DNA from: Escherichia coli
GTDB taxonomy: Bacteria > Pseudomonadota > Gammaproteobacteria > Enterobacterales > Enterobacteriaceae
DNA length: 64,000 bases
Strand: one strand, 5' to 3'
Assembly (NCBI RefSeq): GCF_003334335.1
Contig: NZ_QOWQ01000011.1
Shown: in pieces, positions 25,129-36,843 of the stretch
How the letters are laid out: each line of letters starts with the position of its first letter
How positions within the stretch are numbered: position 1 is the first letter of the stretch
Notes under the pieces: model-generated
Told to the model about the DNA's origin: nothing
Database searches by the model: none
Seen by the model: the letters and a program-made list of their open reading frames with translations, nothing else
Translations under genes and position numbers: made by a program

Positions 25129-27561
25129 TTACAGCATATGTTCAGTACGGGCGATGATATCGTCCTGAGCGTCTGGAGAGAGCGCGGTGAAGAACGCGGA
25201 ATAGCCCGCGACACGCACTACCAGATCGCGATACTGATCGGGATGTTTTTTCGCATCCAGCAGCGTTTCGCGGGAAACGATGTTGTACTGAATATGCCAG
25301 CCTTTATGCACTTCAAAGAAGGTACGCAGCAGGATCATCAGTTTCTGCTTGTCAGATTCGTTCTCCAGCGTTGCCGGATTCAGTTTCTGGTTGAGCAACA
25401 CGCCGCCGAGAATCGCTGCCGTAGGCAGTTTACCCACTGAGCCAATGACCGCAGTAGGGCCAAGATGGTCAGTACCGGAGGCCGGGCTTGCGCCTTCTGC
25501 CAGCGGGGTGTGGGCTTTACGCCCGTCCGGTGTTGCCATAGTCTGCGCGCCAAACGGTACGTTAGCGGAGATTGATGACGTACCCGCGTAATAGTTGCCG
25601 CCAACCGGACCACGACCGTAGCGCGGATTATGGTACTGTTTCAGTTCGTCGATATAGGTCTGATAAGCGCGAGCCAGCAGCGTATCGACAGTATCATCGT
25701 CGTTGCCGTACTTCGGCGCACCGTTAATCAGCCGCTGACGCAGCTGCTCGTGAGTCAGGCCGTCGAAGTCATCTGCCAGTGCGGCAGCAAGCTGTTGCTG
25801 ACCAATCGCACCTTGTTCAAACACCAGTTTCTTCACTGCCGCCAGGCTGTTGCCGAGGTTGGCAATGCCGACCTGCAGGCCAGAAACCCAGTCATATTTC
25901 GCGCCGCCTTGCTTGATACTTTTCGCTCGCTCAATACAGTCATCCACCAGCGCCGAGCAGAGAATATCGTGCACGTTCTCTTCCAGCATGGTGTCGACGA
26001 CATATTCGATTTCGATTGATTTGCGGGTGTAGTAACGGATTTGCGTATCCCACGCGTCCATCACTTCATCGAAGTTGTTGAAGTTACCTGCCGACAACGC
26101 TTTTTCTTGTGGCAGGAACACTTTGCCGCTGGTGGCATCATGCCCGCCTTCCAGCGCCGCCAGCATCACGCGGGCGAAGTTGATAAAGCTCATGCCGGTA
26201 CAGCGATAGCCCCATTTGCCACCGACGGCGGTTTCTATACAACCAATCGCTGCGTAGTCATAAGCGTCCTGCGGTTCAATACCGAGTTTAATAAATTCCG
26301 GGATCACGATTTCGTCGTTGTTGAACGCCGGCATCCCGAAGCCGCAACGGATCACCTGTACGCAGGCGTCGAGGAAATCGTTGCTCATTCCTGCATGGTA
26401 ACGCACGCTGAGGTTAGGCTGAGTGGAACGCAGGCGACCGCAGGATTCGAGGATCGCGTAAGAGAGTGGATTCACCGCGTCCATTGGTTGACCATCAACC
26501 AGATTTTGCCCGCCAATAGTGACGTTCTGATACAGCGGACTTCCCGCAGAGGCTTTTGAGTGTGAGCCGGAGCGGATCTTGTTCACTTCCAGCAGTTTCA
26601 GCCAGCAGCTATGCAGCATCTCGATGGCGTGTTCGCGATCCAGCGTCTGGTTGAGTTCAACGTCGCGGCGATAGTACGGGTAGAGATACTGGTCCATACG
26701 ACCAAACGATACTGAGTGACCGTTAGATTCGATCTGCAAAATCAACTGGATGAAGTAACACAGTTGCAGCGCCTGCCAGAAAGTCTGCGGCGGCTGGTGG
26801 GCGATAAGATCGCAGTTTTCTGCCATCGCCAGCAGTTCATCGCGACGGCTTTCGCGGGTTTCGGTCGCGGCCATTTCACGCGCCAGGGCAGCGAAACGTT
26901 CAATGTGTTCACTGACTGCCACCAGCACGATATCAATCGCTTTCAGGAATTGCTCACCGTGTAAATCTTCCAGCACCGTCAGGTTGATGCGCGAGCGACG
27001 TTCCGCTACTTTCTCGCGCAGACCATCAAGCCCTTTTTCCAGCAGCAGCGGGAAATTCACCGCCAGGTGCGCATCGCCGGAGGTCATATTGCCTTCCGCT
27101 TTAATGATTCCGGTCGCCAGCAGACCTTTTTGCTCATCGGTAAACATGCCGTAGCAGCGATCCTGTACGGTCTGACCGCGCCACCACGGGCACACTTCAT
27201 GCAGAACGCGTTTGTTCTCTTCGCTCACCGCAAAGCCAGCACCGGGACGATCTGCCAGATCATCAATCTCTTTTTCGATCCACGAGACAGTATATTCCGG
27301 GAAGATCGGCGCGGCGCGAACTTCGCTTGCCTGGTTGCCAATGATCAACTCATCGTGTTTGATCCAGATGGTGCGATTCGCCAGGTGATGCGCCAGTGCC
27401 AGCGCGCGACGTACCGGGATCGGCTTATCGAGATGTTGTTGATACATCTCGGTATAGTGCTGCGCGCGCTCGGTACAGACTGGCGGTTTCACAATATGCA
27501 CCAGCGCATTTTTGTGCGCTTTAATGCGGTCGCTGAGCGTGTCCAGTTTCAGTGTGGTCAT
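25129..27561 (-). CDS. ybiW: Glycyl radical enzyme (pyruvate formate-lyase-like; substrate unknown to me)
   Basis: 810 aa; C-terminal glycyl-radical signature RVAGYSA. Confidence 0.95.
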   Translation of the reverse strand: MTTLKLDTLSDRIKAHKNALVHIVKPPVCTERAQHYTEMYQQHLDKPIPVRRALALAHHLANRTIWIKHDELIIGNQASEVRAAPIFPEYTVSWIEKEIDDLADRPGAGFAVSEENKRVLHEVCPWWRGQTVQDRCYGMFTDEQKGLLATGIIKAEGNMTSGDAHLAVNFPLLLEKGLDGLREKVAERRSRINLTVLEDLHGEQFLKAIDIVLVAVSEHIERFAALAREMAATETRESRRDELLAMAENCDLIAHQPPQTFWQALQLCYFIQLILQIESNGHSVSFGRMDQYLYPYYRRDVELNQTLDREHAIEMLHSCWLKLLEVNKIRSGSHSKASAGSPLYQNVTIGGQNLVDGQPMDAVNPLSYAILESCGRLRSTQPNLSVRYHAGMSNDFLDACVQVIRCGFGMPAFNNDEIVIPEFIKLGIEPQDAYDYAAIGCIETAVGGKWGYRCTGMSFINFARVMLAALEGGHDATSGKVFLPQEKALSAGNFNNFDEVMDAWDTQIRYYTRKSIEIEYVVDTMLEENVHDILCSALVDDCIERAKSIKQGGAKYDWVSGLQVGIANLGNSLAAVKKLVFEQGAIGQQQLAAALADDFDGLTHEQLRQRLINGAPKYGNDDDTVDTLLARAYQTYIDELKQYHNPRYGRGPVGGNYYAGTSSISANVPFGAQTMATPDGRKAHTPLAEGASPASGTDHLGPTAVIGSVGKLPTAAILGGVLLNQKLNPATLENESDKQKLMILLRTFFEVHKGWHIQYNIVSRETLLDAKKHPDQYRDLVVRVAGYSAFFTALSPDAQDDIIARTEHML

Positions 27562-27566
27562 GGTTG

Positions 27567-28466
27567 TTATCCTCGTAAGGTCGCGGTTAACCCTTTCTGG
27601 CAGGCATACTGCTGGGCAAAGTCGAGCAGTTCTGGCGCATCAAGCGGTTTTTCCGGGGCGTCATAGGGCAGATTAAGTAAGTGATATTTGTTGATGCCCA
27701 GCGTGTGGTAGGGCAGAAAATGAATTTCGCCAACGTGCAGCTCGTCGGCGGCAAAATCGGTAATGGCTTTTACAGAGGTTTCGTCGGCATTAAAGCCCTG
27801 AATCAGCGGCACGCGGATAATGATTTTTTTGCCCGCTGCGGCGAGTTTTTTCAGGTTATCCAGCACTCTGGCGGCGTTACCGTCGGTCCACTGTTTAAAC
27901 GGCGCGTCGGCAACGTGTTTTAAATCGGCAAGAAACAGATCGATATAGGGCAGAGAAGGGGCGATATATTTCCACGGCACATGCAGACAGGTTTCTACCG
28001 CAGTATGAATGCCTGCCTCGTGGCTGGCTTGCAGTAGCGCCATCGCCATTTCCGGCTGCATAAAGGGCTCACCACCCGAAAGCGTTAAACCGCCGCCGCT
28101 GCGATCGTAAAACGGTTTATCGCGCAGAACGGTCGTCATGATCTCCTCAACGCTTTTCACTTCACCACACACGGTTAATGCCTGTGTCGGACAGCAGTCG
28201 GTTAACGCCGTCAGATGCTCCGGGGTTAACTTTTCCCGATGAATAAGCAAACCATTCAGCGCGCGCTCAATCACTTCCGGCGCGGCCTTAGCGCACAGCT
28301 CGCAGCCTTCCAGACACAGTCGTGCGTCATACAGCAGATCCTGCGTGCGGGCGCGGCTTTCCGGGTTCTGACACCAGCGGCAGCCCAGCGAACAGCCTTT
28401 AAGAAATACGACCGTGCGGATACCGGGGCCATCATGGGTCGAGTAGCGCTGAATATTGAAAATCAT
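27567..28466 (-). CDS. ybiY: Glycyl-radical-enzyme activating enzyme (radical SAM)
   Basis: Start trimmed to [18 protein letters not shown]; radical SAM CxxxCxxC (CSLGCRWC) plus extra Cys clusters; 5 nt upstream of ybiW on the same strand. Confidence 0.92.
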
Positions 28467-28596
28467 AGTTGCCTCTCTATTTCGTTCAAGCATTAAAATA
28501 CTTTCGAATGAAAGTTAGATTGATGTGCGTCAACTGTTCAGAGAGTTTTCCCGTGATAGTCTACATTCAGACAAAAAGTACATTTTGAGGATGGTT

Positions 28597-29259
28597 ATGG
28601 AACTGTATCTGGATACTTCAGACGTTGTTGCGGTGAAGGCGCTGTCACGTATTTTTCCGCTGGCGGGTGTGACCACTAACCCAAGCATTATCGCCGCGGG
28701 TAAAAAACCGCTGGATGTTGTGCTTCCGCAACTTCATGAAGCGATGGGCGGTCAGGGGCGTCTGTTTGCCCAGGTAATGGCTACCACTGCCGAAGGGATG
28801 GTTAATGACGCGCTTAAGCTGCGTTCTATTATTGCGGATATCGTGGTGAAAGTTCCGGTGACCGCCGAGGGGCTGGCAGCTATTAAGATGTTAAAAGCGG
28901 AAGGGATTCCGACGCTGGGAACCGCGGTATATGGCGCAGCACAAGGGCTGCTGTCGGCGCTGGCAGGTGCGGAATATGTTGCGCCTTACGTTAATCGTAT
29001 TGATGCTCAGGGCGGTAGCGGCATTCAGACTGTGACCGACTTACACCAGTTATTGAAAATGCATGCGCCGCAGGCGAAAGTGCTGGCAGCGAGTTTCAAA
29101 ACCCCGCGTCAGGCGCTGGACTGCTTACTGGCAGGATGTGAATCAATTACTCTGCCACTGGATGTGGCACAACAGATGATTAGCTATCCGGCGGTTGATG
29201 CCGCTGTGGCGAAGTTTGAGCAGGACTGGCAGGGAGCGTTTGGCAGAACGTCGATTTAA
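28597..29259 (+). CDS. fsaA: Fructose-6-phosphate aldolase 1 (transaldolase-like)
   Basis: ORF-track start trimmed to [14 protein letters not shown] at 28597 (220 aa). Confidence 0.94.
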   Translation: MELYLDTSDVVAVKALSRIFPLAGVTTNPSIIAAGKKPLDVVLPQLHEAMGGQGRLFAQVMATTAEGMVNDALKLRSIIADIVVKVPVTAEGLAAIKMLKAEGIPTLGTAVYGAAQGLLSALAGAEYVAPYVNRIDAQGGSGIQTVTDLHQLLKMHAPQAKVLAASFKTPRQALDCLLAGCESITLPLDVAQQMISYPAVDAAVAKFEQDWQGAFGRTSI

Positions 29260-29334
29260 CCGGACGTTCTGCATCCTCATAAATTGCTGATGACGTGGCG
29301 GAGTGCCGCGTCTTATCAGGCCTGGAGGTGGCAA

Positions 29335-30084
29335 TTACTGCCCACACACCTCACACCCCGGATTACGCATCAGTTTCATTTCGCGAAACTGACAGGTCAT
29401 CGCATCGTACATGACGATTTTCCCGCTGGCCGGTTTGCCATAACCTGCCAGCATTTTGATCGCTTCCATTGCCTGCAACGAACCAATTACGCCGATCAAC
29501 GGTGCCATTACGCCTGCTTCCACGCAGGTTAATGCATTTTCACCAAACAAACGGCTAAGGCAGCGATAGCACGGTTCACCGTCCTGATAAGTAAAGACGG
29601 TGATTTGACCTTCCATACGAATTGCCGCGCCGGAAACCAGCGGTACCTTCGCGGCAAAACAGCCTGCGTTCAGTTGATTACGTACCGCAACGTTATCCGT
29701 ACAGTCGAGCACCAGATCGTGTTCAGCAATCAATGCTGCAAGTTCTGCGTCATCCAGCAGTGCATTGACTGGCGTAATCGCGATATGTGGGTTGATCCGC
29801 GTCAGGGCGTCACGGGCGGATTCCACCTTCGGTTGCCCGACCGTGGCATCACTGTGCAGTGTCTGGCGTTGCAGATTCGAGAGCGAAACCGTGTCGAAGT
29901 CGAGCAGCGTCAGGTTACCGACACCGGCGCTTGCCAGATACTGCGAGGCTGCACAGCCGAGGCCGCCCAGGCCCACTATCAGCACGCGAGAATCTTTCAG
30001 CGCCTCCTGGCCGTCAAAATCAAAGCCGCGCAGAATGATTTGCCGGTTGTAGCGCAGCATCTCCTGATCGCTGAGTTCCGCCAT
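29335..30084 (-). CDS. moeB: Molybdopterin-synthase adenylyltransferase (ThiF/MoeB family)
   Basis: 249 aa; GLGGLG nucleotide-binding motif; C-terminal CxxC...CxxC. Confidence 0.96.
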   Translation of the reverse strand: MAELSDQEMLRYNRQIILRGFDFDGQEALKDSRVLIVGLGGLGCAASQYLASAGVGNLTLLDFDTVSLSNLQRQTLHSDATVGQPKVESARDALTRINPHIAITPVNALLDDAELAALIAEHDLVLDCTDNVAVRNQLNAGCFAAKVPLVSGAAIRMEGQITVFTYQDGEPCYRCLSRLFGENALTCVEAGVMAPLIGVIGSLQAMEAIKMLAGYGKPASGKIVMYDAMTCQFREMKLMRNPGCEVCGQ

Positions 30085-31319
30085 TACAGGCCTCCGAACA
30101 ACGCGTTAAACGGTTCTACTTCCACCCATTCGCCCACTTCCACATTGCCGCGATCGCGTTCCAGCACGATAAAGCAGTTGCCGAGGCTAAAGGAGCTAAA
30201 TATATGTGAACCCTGATGTCCGGTGGTCGTCACTTCCAGTTCGCCATCGGCGTTGCGTTGCAGCACGCCGCGCTGGAAATCAAGACGTCCTGGCGTTTTT
30301 TTCAGGCGGGACGCTGTGCGTACGCGCTGGCGCGCGGGCAGGCCGCTGGCGGTGTTACCGCTTAGTTTTGCCAGCAAAGGCTGTACCAGTTGATAGAAGG
30401 TCAGCGTCGCTGAAACCGGGTTGCCCGGCAGGCCGCAGAACCAGCTATTGCTGAGTTTACCGAACGCGAACGGTTTACCTGGTTTAATCGCCAGCTTCCA
30501 GAAGGCGATCTCCCCCAGCTCTTCAAGAATCGTTTTGGTGTAATCCGCCTCACCCACTGAAACACCGCCGGAACTGATCACCACATCCGCCTGGCTGTCG
30601 GCTTCAATAAATGCGGCGCGCAGGGCATGGGGATCGTCGCGGATAATCCCTAAGTTAATTACCTCGCATCCCAACTGTTCTAACATCAGGTGTACGGCGA
30701 GACGGTTGGTATCGTAGATTTGGCCGTCGCCCAGCGGCTGACCGGGCAACTGGAGTTCATCACCGGTAGAAAAAAGCGCTACACGCACTTTACGAATCAC
30801 CGGAACTTCGGCAATCCCCAGTGAAGCAATTACTGGCAGCTCTGCGGTAGTCAGGCGAGTTCCCGCCGGGAAAACAACCGCACCTGCAGAGATATCTTCA
30901 CCGCGACGGCGAATATTTTGCCCGCTACGCACTTCAGCAGTAAAACGCACGCCATTGTCCATTTGTTCAGTCTGCTCCTGCATCACCACCGCTTCGCAGC
31001 CTTCCGGCACCGGCGCACCGGTCATAATACGAATGCAGGTACCCGCAGGCCATTCACCATGGTATGGCTGACCGGCAAAGGATTTACCGGCAACGGGCAG
31101 CGGTTGCCCGGAGGCAATATCGGCTAAACGCACCGCGTAGCCGTCCATTGCGGAGTTATCAAACCCCGGAACATCAAGCGGCGAAACGACATCGCTCGCC
31201 AGAATACGACCAAAACACTGTACCAGTGGCAGCGTTTCCTGGGCGGTCAGTGGGGTGACGCGAGAAAGCATCTCATTAAGCGCGGTGTCGAGCGACATCA
31301 ATCCGGTGGTAAATTCCAT
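30084..31319 (-). CDS. moeA: Molybdopterin molybdenumtransferase
   Basis: 411 aa; recognised MoeA; 1-nt overlap with moeB start. Confidence 0.96.
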   Translation of the reverse strand: MEFTTGLMSLDTALNEMLSRVTPLTAQETLPLVQCFGRILASDVVSPLDVPGFDNSAMDGYAVRLADIASGQPLPVAGKSFAGQPYHGEWPAGTCIRIMTGAPVPEGCEAVVMQEQTEQMDNGVRFTAEVRSGQNIRRRGEDISAGAVVFPAGTRLTTAELPVIASLGIAEVPVIRKVRVALFSTGDELQLPGQPLGDGQIYDTNRLAVHLMLEQLGCEVINLGIIRDDPHALRAAFIEADSQADVVISSGGVSVGEADYTKTILEELGEIAFWKLAIKPGKPFAFGKLSNSWFCGLPGNPVSATLTFYQLVQPLLAKLSGNTASGLPARQRVRTASRLKKTPGRLDFQRGVLQRNADGELEVTTTGHQGSHIFSSFSLGNCFIVLERDRGNVEVGEWVEVEPFNALFGGL

Positions 31320-31522
31320 GAAAACACTCCTGCGGAGGCAAAATCGAATTTGCCTATTATGTCAGAAAAACGCCACAGACTGTATGCCACCTCGGGCGTA
31401 GCGCTGGGTCCTGCCTTTACATGCCATATCCATCTTTCTATATTCAAAAATTGAATGAGTAATTCATAAAAATTCTGATATTTATAGCAAAAGTGGCGAA
31501 CCACCCTTAATGGACGAATACT

Positions 31523-32488
31523 ATGGGCAAAGCAGTCATTGCAATTCATGGTGGCGCAGGTGCAATTAGCCGCGCGCAGATGAGTCTGCAACAGGAATTA
31601 CGCTACATCGAGGCGTTGTCTGCCATTGTTGAAACCGGGCAGAAAATGCTGGAAGCGGGCGAAAGTGCGCTGGATGTGGTGACGGAAGCGGTGCGTCTGC
31701 TGGAAGAGTGTCCACTGTTTAACGCCGGAATTGGCGCTGTCTTTACGCGTGATGAAACCCATGAACTGGACGCCTGTGTGATGGATGGTAACACCCTGAA
31801 AGCCGGTGCGGTGGCGGGCGTTAGTCATCTGCGTAATCCGGTTCTTGCCGCCCGGCTGGTGATGGAGCAAAGCCCGCATGTGATGATGATTGGCGAAGGG
31901 GCAGAAAATTTTGCGTTTGCTCGTGGCATGGAGCGCGTCTCGCCGGAGATTTTCTCCACGCCTTTGCGTTATGAACAACTACTGGCAGCGCGCAAGGAAG
32001 GGGCAACCGTCCTCGACCATAGCGGTGCGCCACTGGATGAAAAACAGAAAATGGGCACCGTGGGGGCCGTGGCGTTGGATTTAGACGGCAATTTGGCGGC
32101 AGCCACGTCCACAGGCGGAATGACCAATAAATTACCCGGACGAGTTGGCGATAGTCCCTTAGTGGGTGCCGGATGCTACGCCAATAACGCCAGTGTGGCG
32201 GTTTCTTGTACCGGCACGGGCGAAGTCTTCATCCGCGCGCTGGCGGCATATGACATCGCCGCGTTAATGGATTACGGCGGATTAAGTCTCGCGGAAGCCT
32301 GCGAGCGGGTAGTAATGGAAAAACTCCCTGCGCTTGGCGGTAGCGGTGGCTTAATCGCTATCGACCATGAAGGGAATGTCGCGCTACCGTTTAACACCGA
32401 AGGAATGTATCGCGCCTGGGGCTACGCAGGCGATACGCCAACCACCGGTATCTACCGTGAAAAAGGGGACACCGTTGCCACACAGTGA
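31523..32488 (+). CDS. iaaA: Isoaspartyl dipeptidase / L-asparaginase (Ntn hydrolase)
   Basis: 321 aa; autoproteolytic site region GTVGAVALD. Confidence 0.94.
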   Translation: MGKAVIAIHGGAGAISRAQMSLQQELRYIEALSAIVETGQKMLEAGESALDVVTEAVRLLEECPLFNAGIGAVFTRDETHELDACVMDGNTLKAGAVAGVSHLRNPVLAARLVMEQSPHVMMIGEGAENFAFARGMERVSPEIFSTPLRYEQLLAARKEGATVLDHSGAPLDEKQKMGTVGAVALDLDGNLAAATSTGGMTNKLPGRVGDSPLVGAGCYANNASVAVSCTGTGEVFIRALAAYDIAALMDYGGLSLAEACERVVMEKLPALGGSGGLIAIDHEGNVALPFNTEGMYRAWGYAGDTPTTGIYREKGDTVATQ

Positions 32489-34346
32489 TGAACTTGATGC
32501 CGGTAATGTGCTGGCGGTTGAAAATCTGAATATTGCCTTTATGCAGGACCAGCAGAAAATAGCTGCGGTCCGCAATCTCTCTTTTAGTCTGCAACGCGGT
32601 GAGACGCTGGCAATTGTTGGCGAATCCGGCTCCGGTAAGTCAGTGACTGCGTTGGCATTGATGCGCCTGTTGGAACAGGCGGGCGGTTTAGTACAGTGCG
32701 ATAAAATGCTGTTGCAGCGGCGCAGTCGCGAAGTGATTGAACTTAGCGAGCAGAACGCTGCACAAATGCGCCATGTTCGCGGTGCGGATATGGCGATGAT
32801 ATTTCAGGAGCCGATGACATCGCTGAACCCGGTATTTACTGTGGGTGAACAGATTGCCGAATCAATTCGTCTGCATCAGAACGCCAGTCGTGAAGAAGCG
32901 ATGGTCGAGGCGAAGCGGATGCTGGATCAGGTACGCATTCCTGAGGCACAAACCATTCTTTCACGTTATCCGCATCAACTCTCTGGCGGGATGCGCCAGC
33001 GAGTGATGATTGCGATGGCGCTGTCATGCCGCCCGGCGGTGCTGATTGCCGATGAGCCAACCACCGCGCTGGATGTCACTATTCAGGCGCAGATCCTGCA
33101 ATTAATCAAAGTATTGCAAAAAGAGATGTCGATGGGCGTTATCTTTATCACTCACGATATGGGCGTGGTGGCAGAGATTGCCGATCGGGTACTGGTGATG
33201 TATCAGGGCGAGGCGGTGGAAACGGGTACCGTCGAACAGATTTTTCATGCACCGCAACATCCTTACACCCGTGCGCTGTTAGCTGCTGTTCCGCAACTTG
33301 GTGCGATGAAAGGGTTAGATTATCCCCGACGTTTCCCGTTGATATCGCTTGAACATCCAGCGAAACAGGCCCCCCCCATCGAGCAGAAAACGGTGGTGGA
33401 TGGCGAACCTGTTTTACGAGTGCGTAATCTTGTCACCCGTTTCCCTTTGCGCAGCGGTTTGTTGAATCGCGTAACGCGGGAAGTGCATGCCGTTGAGAAA
33501 GTCAGTTTTGATCTCTGGCCTGGCGAAACGCTATCGCTGGTGGGCGAGTCTGGCAGCGGTAAATCCACTACCGGGCGGGCGTTGCTGCGCCTGGTCGAAT
33601 CGCAGGGCGGCGAAATTATCTTTAACGGTCAGCGAATCGATACCTTGTCACCCGGCAAACTTCAGGCATTACGCCGGGATATTCAGTTTATTTTTCAGGA
33701 CCCTTACGCTTCGCTGGACCCACGTCAGACCATCGGTGATTCGATTATCGAACCGCTGCGTGTACACGGTTTATTGCCAGGTAAAGACGCGGCTGCACGC
33801 GTTGCGTGGTTGCTGGAGCGCGTGGGCCTGTTACCTGAACATGCCTGGCGTTACCCGCATGAGTTTTCCGGCGGTCAGCGCCAGCGCATCTGCATTGCTC
33901 GCGCGTTGGCATTGAATCCAAAAGTGATCATTGCCGACGAAGCCGTTTCGGCGCTGGATGTTTCTATTCGCGGGCAGATTATCAACTTGTTGCTCGATCT
34001 CCAGCGTGATTTCGGCATTGCGTATCTGTTTATCTCCCACGATATGGCGGTGGTAGAGCGGATTAGTCATCGTGTGGCGGTGATGTATCTCGGGCAAATT
34101 GTTGAAATTGGTCCACGGCGCGCGGTCTTCGAAAACCCGCAGCATCCTTATACGCGTAAATTACTGGCGGCAGTTCCGGTCGCTGAACCGTCCCGACAAC
34201 GACCGCAGCGTGTACTGCTGTCGGACGATCTTCCCAGCAATATTCATCTGCGTGGCGAAGAGGTGGCAGCCGTCTCGTTGCAATGCGTCGGGCCGGGGCA
34301 TTACGTCGCACAACCACAATCAGAATACGCATTCATGCGTAGATAA
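32475..34346 (+). CDS. gsiA: Glutathione/peptide ABC importer ATP-binding protein (dual ABC domain)
   Basis: ORF-track start rejected; TTG at 32475 gives [12 protein letters not shown]... (623 aa); two Walker A motifs GESGSGKS; overlaps iaaA end by 14 nt. Confidence 0.88.
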
Positions 34347-34365
34347 CATTCAGGCGGAGAATAAA

Positions 34366-35903
34366 ATGGCAAGAGCTGTACACCGTAGTGGGTTAGTGGC
34401 GCTGGGCATTGCGACAGCGTTGATGGCATCTTGTGCATTCGCTGCCAAAGATGTGGTGGTGGCGGTAGGATCGAATTTCACCACGCTCGATCCGTATGAC
34501 GCAAATGACACGTTATCTCAGCCGTAGCGAAATCGTTTTACCAGGGGCTGTTCGGTCTGGATAAAGAGATGAAACTGAAAAACGTGCTGGCGGAGAGTTA
34601 TACCGTTTCCGATGACGGCATTACTTACACCGTGAAATTGCGGGAAGGCATTAAATTCCAGGATGGCACCGATTTCAACGCCGCGGCGGTGAAAGCGAAT
34701 CTGGACCGGGCCAGCGATCCGGCGAATCATCTTAAACGCTATAACCTGTATAAGAATATTGCTAAAACGGAAGCGATCGATCCGACAACGGTAAAGATTA
34801 CCCTCAAACAGCCGTTCTCAGCGTTTATTAATATTCTTGCCCATCCGGCGACCGCGATGATTTCACCGGCAGCGCTGGAAAAATATGGCAAGGAGATTGG
34901 TTTTTATCCGGTGGGAACCGGACCGTATGAACTGGATACCTGGAATCAGACCGATTTTGTGAAGGTGAAAAAATTCGCGGGTTACTGGCAGCCAGGATTG
35001 CCCAAACTGGACAGCATAACCTGGCGTCCGGTGGCGGATAACAACACCCGCGCGGCAATGCTGCAAACCGGTGAAGCGCAGTTTGCTTTCCCCATTCCTT
35101 ACGAGCAGGCCACACTGCTGGAGAAAAACAAAAATATCGAGTTGATGGCCAGTCCGTCAATTATGCAGCGTTATATCAGTATGAACGTGACGCAAAAGCC
35201 GTTCGATAACCCGAAGGTCCGTGAGGCGCTGAATTACGCCATTAACCGTCCGGCGCTGGTGAAAGTTGCCTTTGCGGGCTATGCAACGCCAGCTACTGGT
35301 GTGGTACCGCCAAGTATCGCCTACGCGCAAAGTTATAAACCGTGGCCTTACGATCCAGTGAAAGCGCGCGAATTACTGAAAGAGGCGGGATATCCCAACG
35401 GTTTCAGTACCACGCTGTGGTCGTCACATAACCACAGCACCGCGCAGAAAGTGCTGCAATTTACCCAGCAGCAGTTAGCGCAGGTCGGGATTAAAGCCCA
35501 GGTGACTGCGATGGATGCCGGACAGCGGGCGGCAGAAGTTGAAGGTAAAGGGCAAAAAGAGAGCGGCGTGCGGATGTTCTACACTGGCTGGTCGGCTTCA
35601 ACCGGCGAAGCGGACTGGGCACTATCGCCGCTGTTTGCCTCGCAGAACTGGCCACCGACGCTGTTTAATACCGCGTTTTACAGCAATAAACAGGTGGATG
35701 ACTTCCTGGCTCAGGCACTGAAAACTAATGATCCGGCGGAAAAGACCCGCTTATATAAGGCGGCGCAGGATATCATCTGGCAAGAATCGCCGTGGATCCC
35801 GCTGGTGGTAGAAAAACTGGTGTCGGCACACAGTAAAAACCTGACCGGTTTTTGGATCATGCCAGACACCGGCTTCAGCTTTGAAGACGCGGATTTGCAA
35901 TAA
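34366..35903 (+). pseudogene. gsiB: Periplasmic substrate-binding protein GsiB (family-5 SBP), frameshifted
   Basis: ATG 34366 with RBS gives signal peptide + 53 aa then TAG at 34525; the rest ([20 protein letters not shown]... to 35903) continues in the +2 frame; frame 3 has no start between the stop at 34506-34508 and ATG 34569. Confidence 0.8.
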
Positions 35904-35920
35904 GCAACGCAGGGAGTGGA

Positions 35921-36841
35921 ATGCTTAATTACGTTATCAAACGATTACTGGGGTTGATTCCGACGCTGTTTATCGTCTCGGTGCTGGTGTTTTTATTTGT
36001 CCATATGCTGCCCGGCGATCCGGCGCGATTGATTGCCGGGCCCGAAGCTGATGCGCAGGTTATAGAACTGGTGCGTCAGCAGCTGGGGTTGGATCAGCCG
36101 CTGTATCACCAGTTCTGGCACTATATCAGCAATGCTGTGCAGGGGGATTTTGGCCTGTCGATGGTGTCGCGTCGTCCGGTTGCCGATGAGATTGCCAGCC
36201 GCTTTATGCCAACGCTGTGGCTGACCATAACCAGTATGGTCTGGGCGGTTATATTTGGTATGGCGGCGGGAATTATCGCCGCCGTCTGGCGTAACCGTTG
36301 GCCGGATCGATTGAGTATGACCATTGCGGTGTCGGGGATCTCGTTTCCGGCATTTGCTCTGGGGATGCTTTTAATTCAGGTATTCTCCGTTGAACTGGGC
36401 TGGCTGCCTACCGTGGGAGCAGACAGTTGGCAGCACTACATTTTACCCTCCCTGACGCTCGGCGCGGCAGTGGCCGCCGTGATGGCGCGCTTTACCCGCG
36501 CGTCGTTTGTCGATGTTTTAAGCGAAGATTATATGCGTACCGCGAGGGCGAAAGGGGTGAGCGAAACCTGGGTTGTCCTCAAACACGGGCTACGTAACGC
36601 GATGATCCCGGTAGTGACCATGATGGGCTTACAGTTTGGCTTTTTGCTCGGTGGTTCCATCGTTGTGGAGAAAGTTTTCAACTGGCCGGGACTTGGACGC
36701 TTACTCGTTGACTCCGTAGAAATGCGTGATTACCCGGTGATTCAGGCGGAAATTCTGCTTTTCTCGCTGGAATTTATTCTTATCAACTTAGTGGTGGATG
36801 TGCTTTACGCCGCCATTAACCCGGCTATCAGGTACAAGTAA
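35921..36841 (+). CDS. gsiC: Glutathione/peptide ABC importer permease
   Basis: 306 aa; DppB-like permease. Confidence 0.95.
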
Positions 36842-36843
36842 GG

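Noticed and set aside
29296-29325. REP-like fragment (cgcgtcttatcaggcctg) between fsaA and moeB.
   Set aside because: Only a partial match to the REP consensus; too short to call confidently.
32367-32474. ORF-track extended start for gsiA (and similar 5' extensions for ybiX, mcbA, rlmF, ybiO, dps, fsaA, bssR, potF, potG, potI, rcdA, ybjN).
   Set aside because: The track takes the longest ATG/GTG/TTG ORF; the extensions lack an RBS and do not match known N-termini, so internal starts were used.
34099-34527. ORF-track 142-aa ORF overlapping the 3' end of gsiA.
   Set aside because: Only its last 53 codons (from ATG 34366 with RBS) make sense, as the gsiB signal peptide; the upstream part is an out-of-frame read-through of gsiA.
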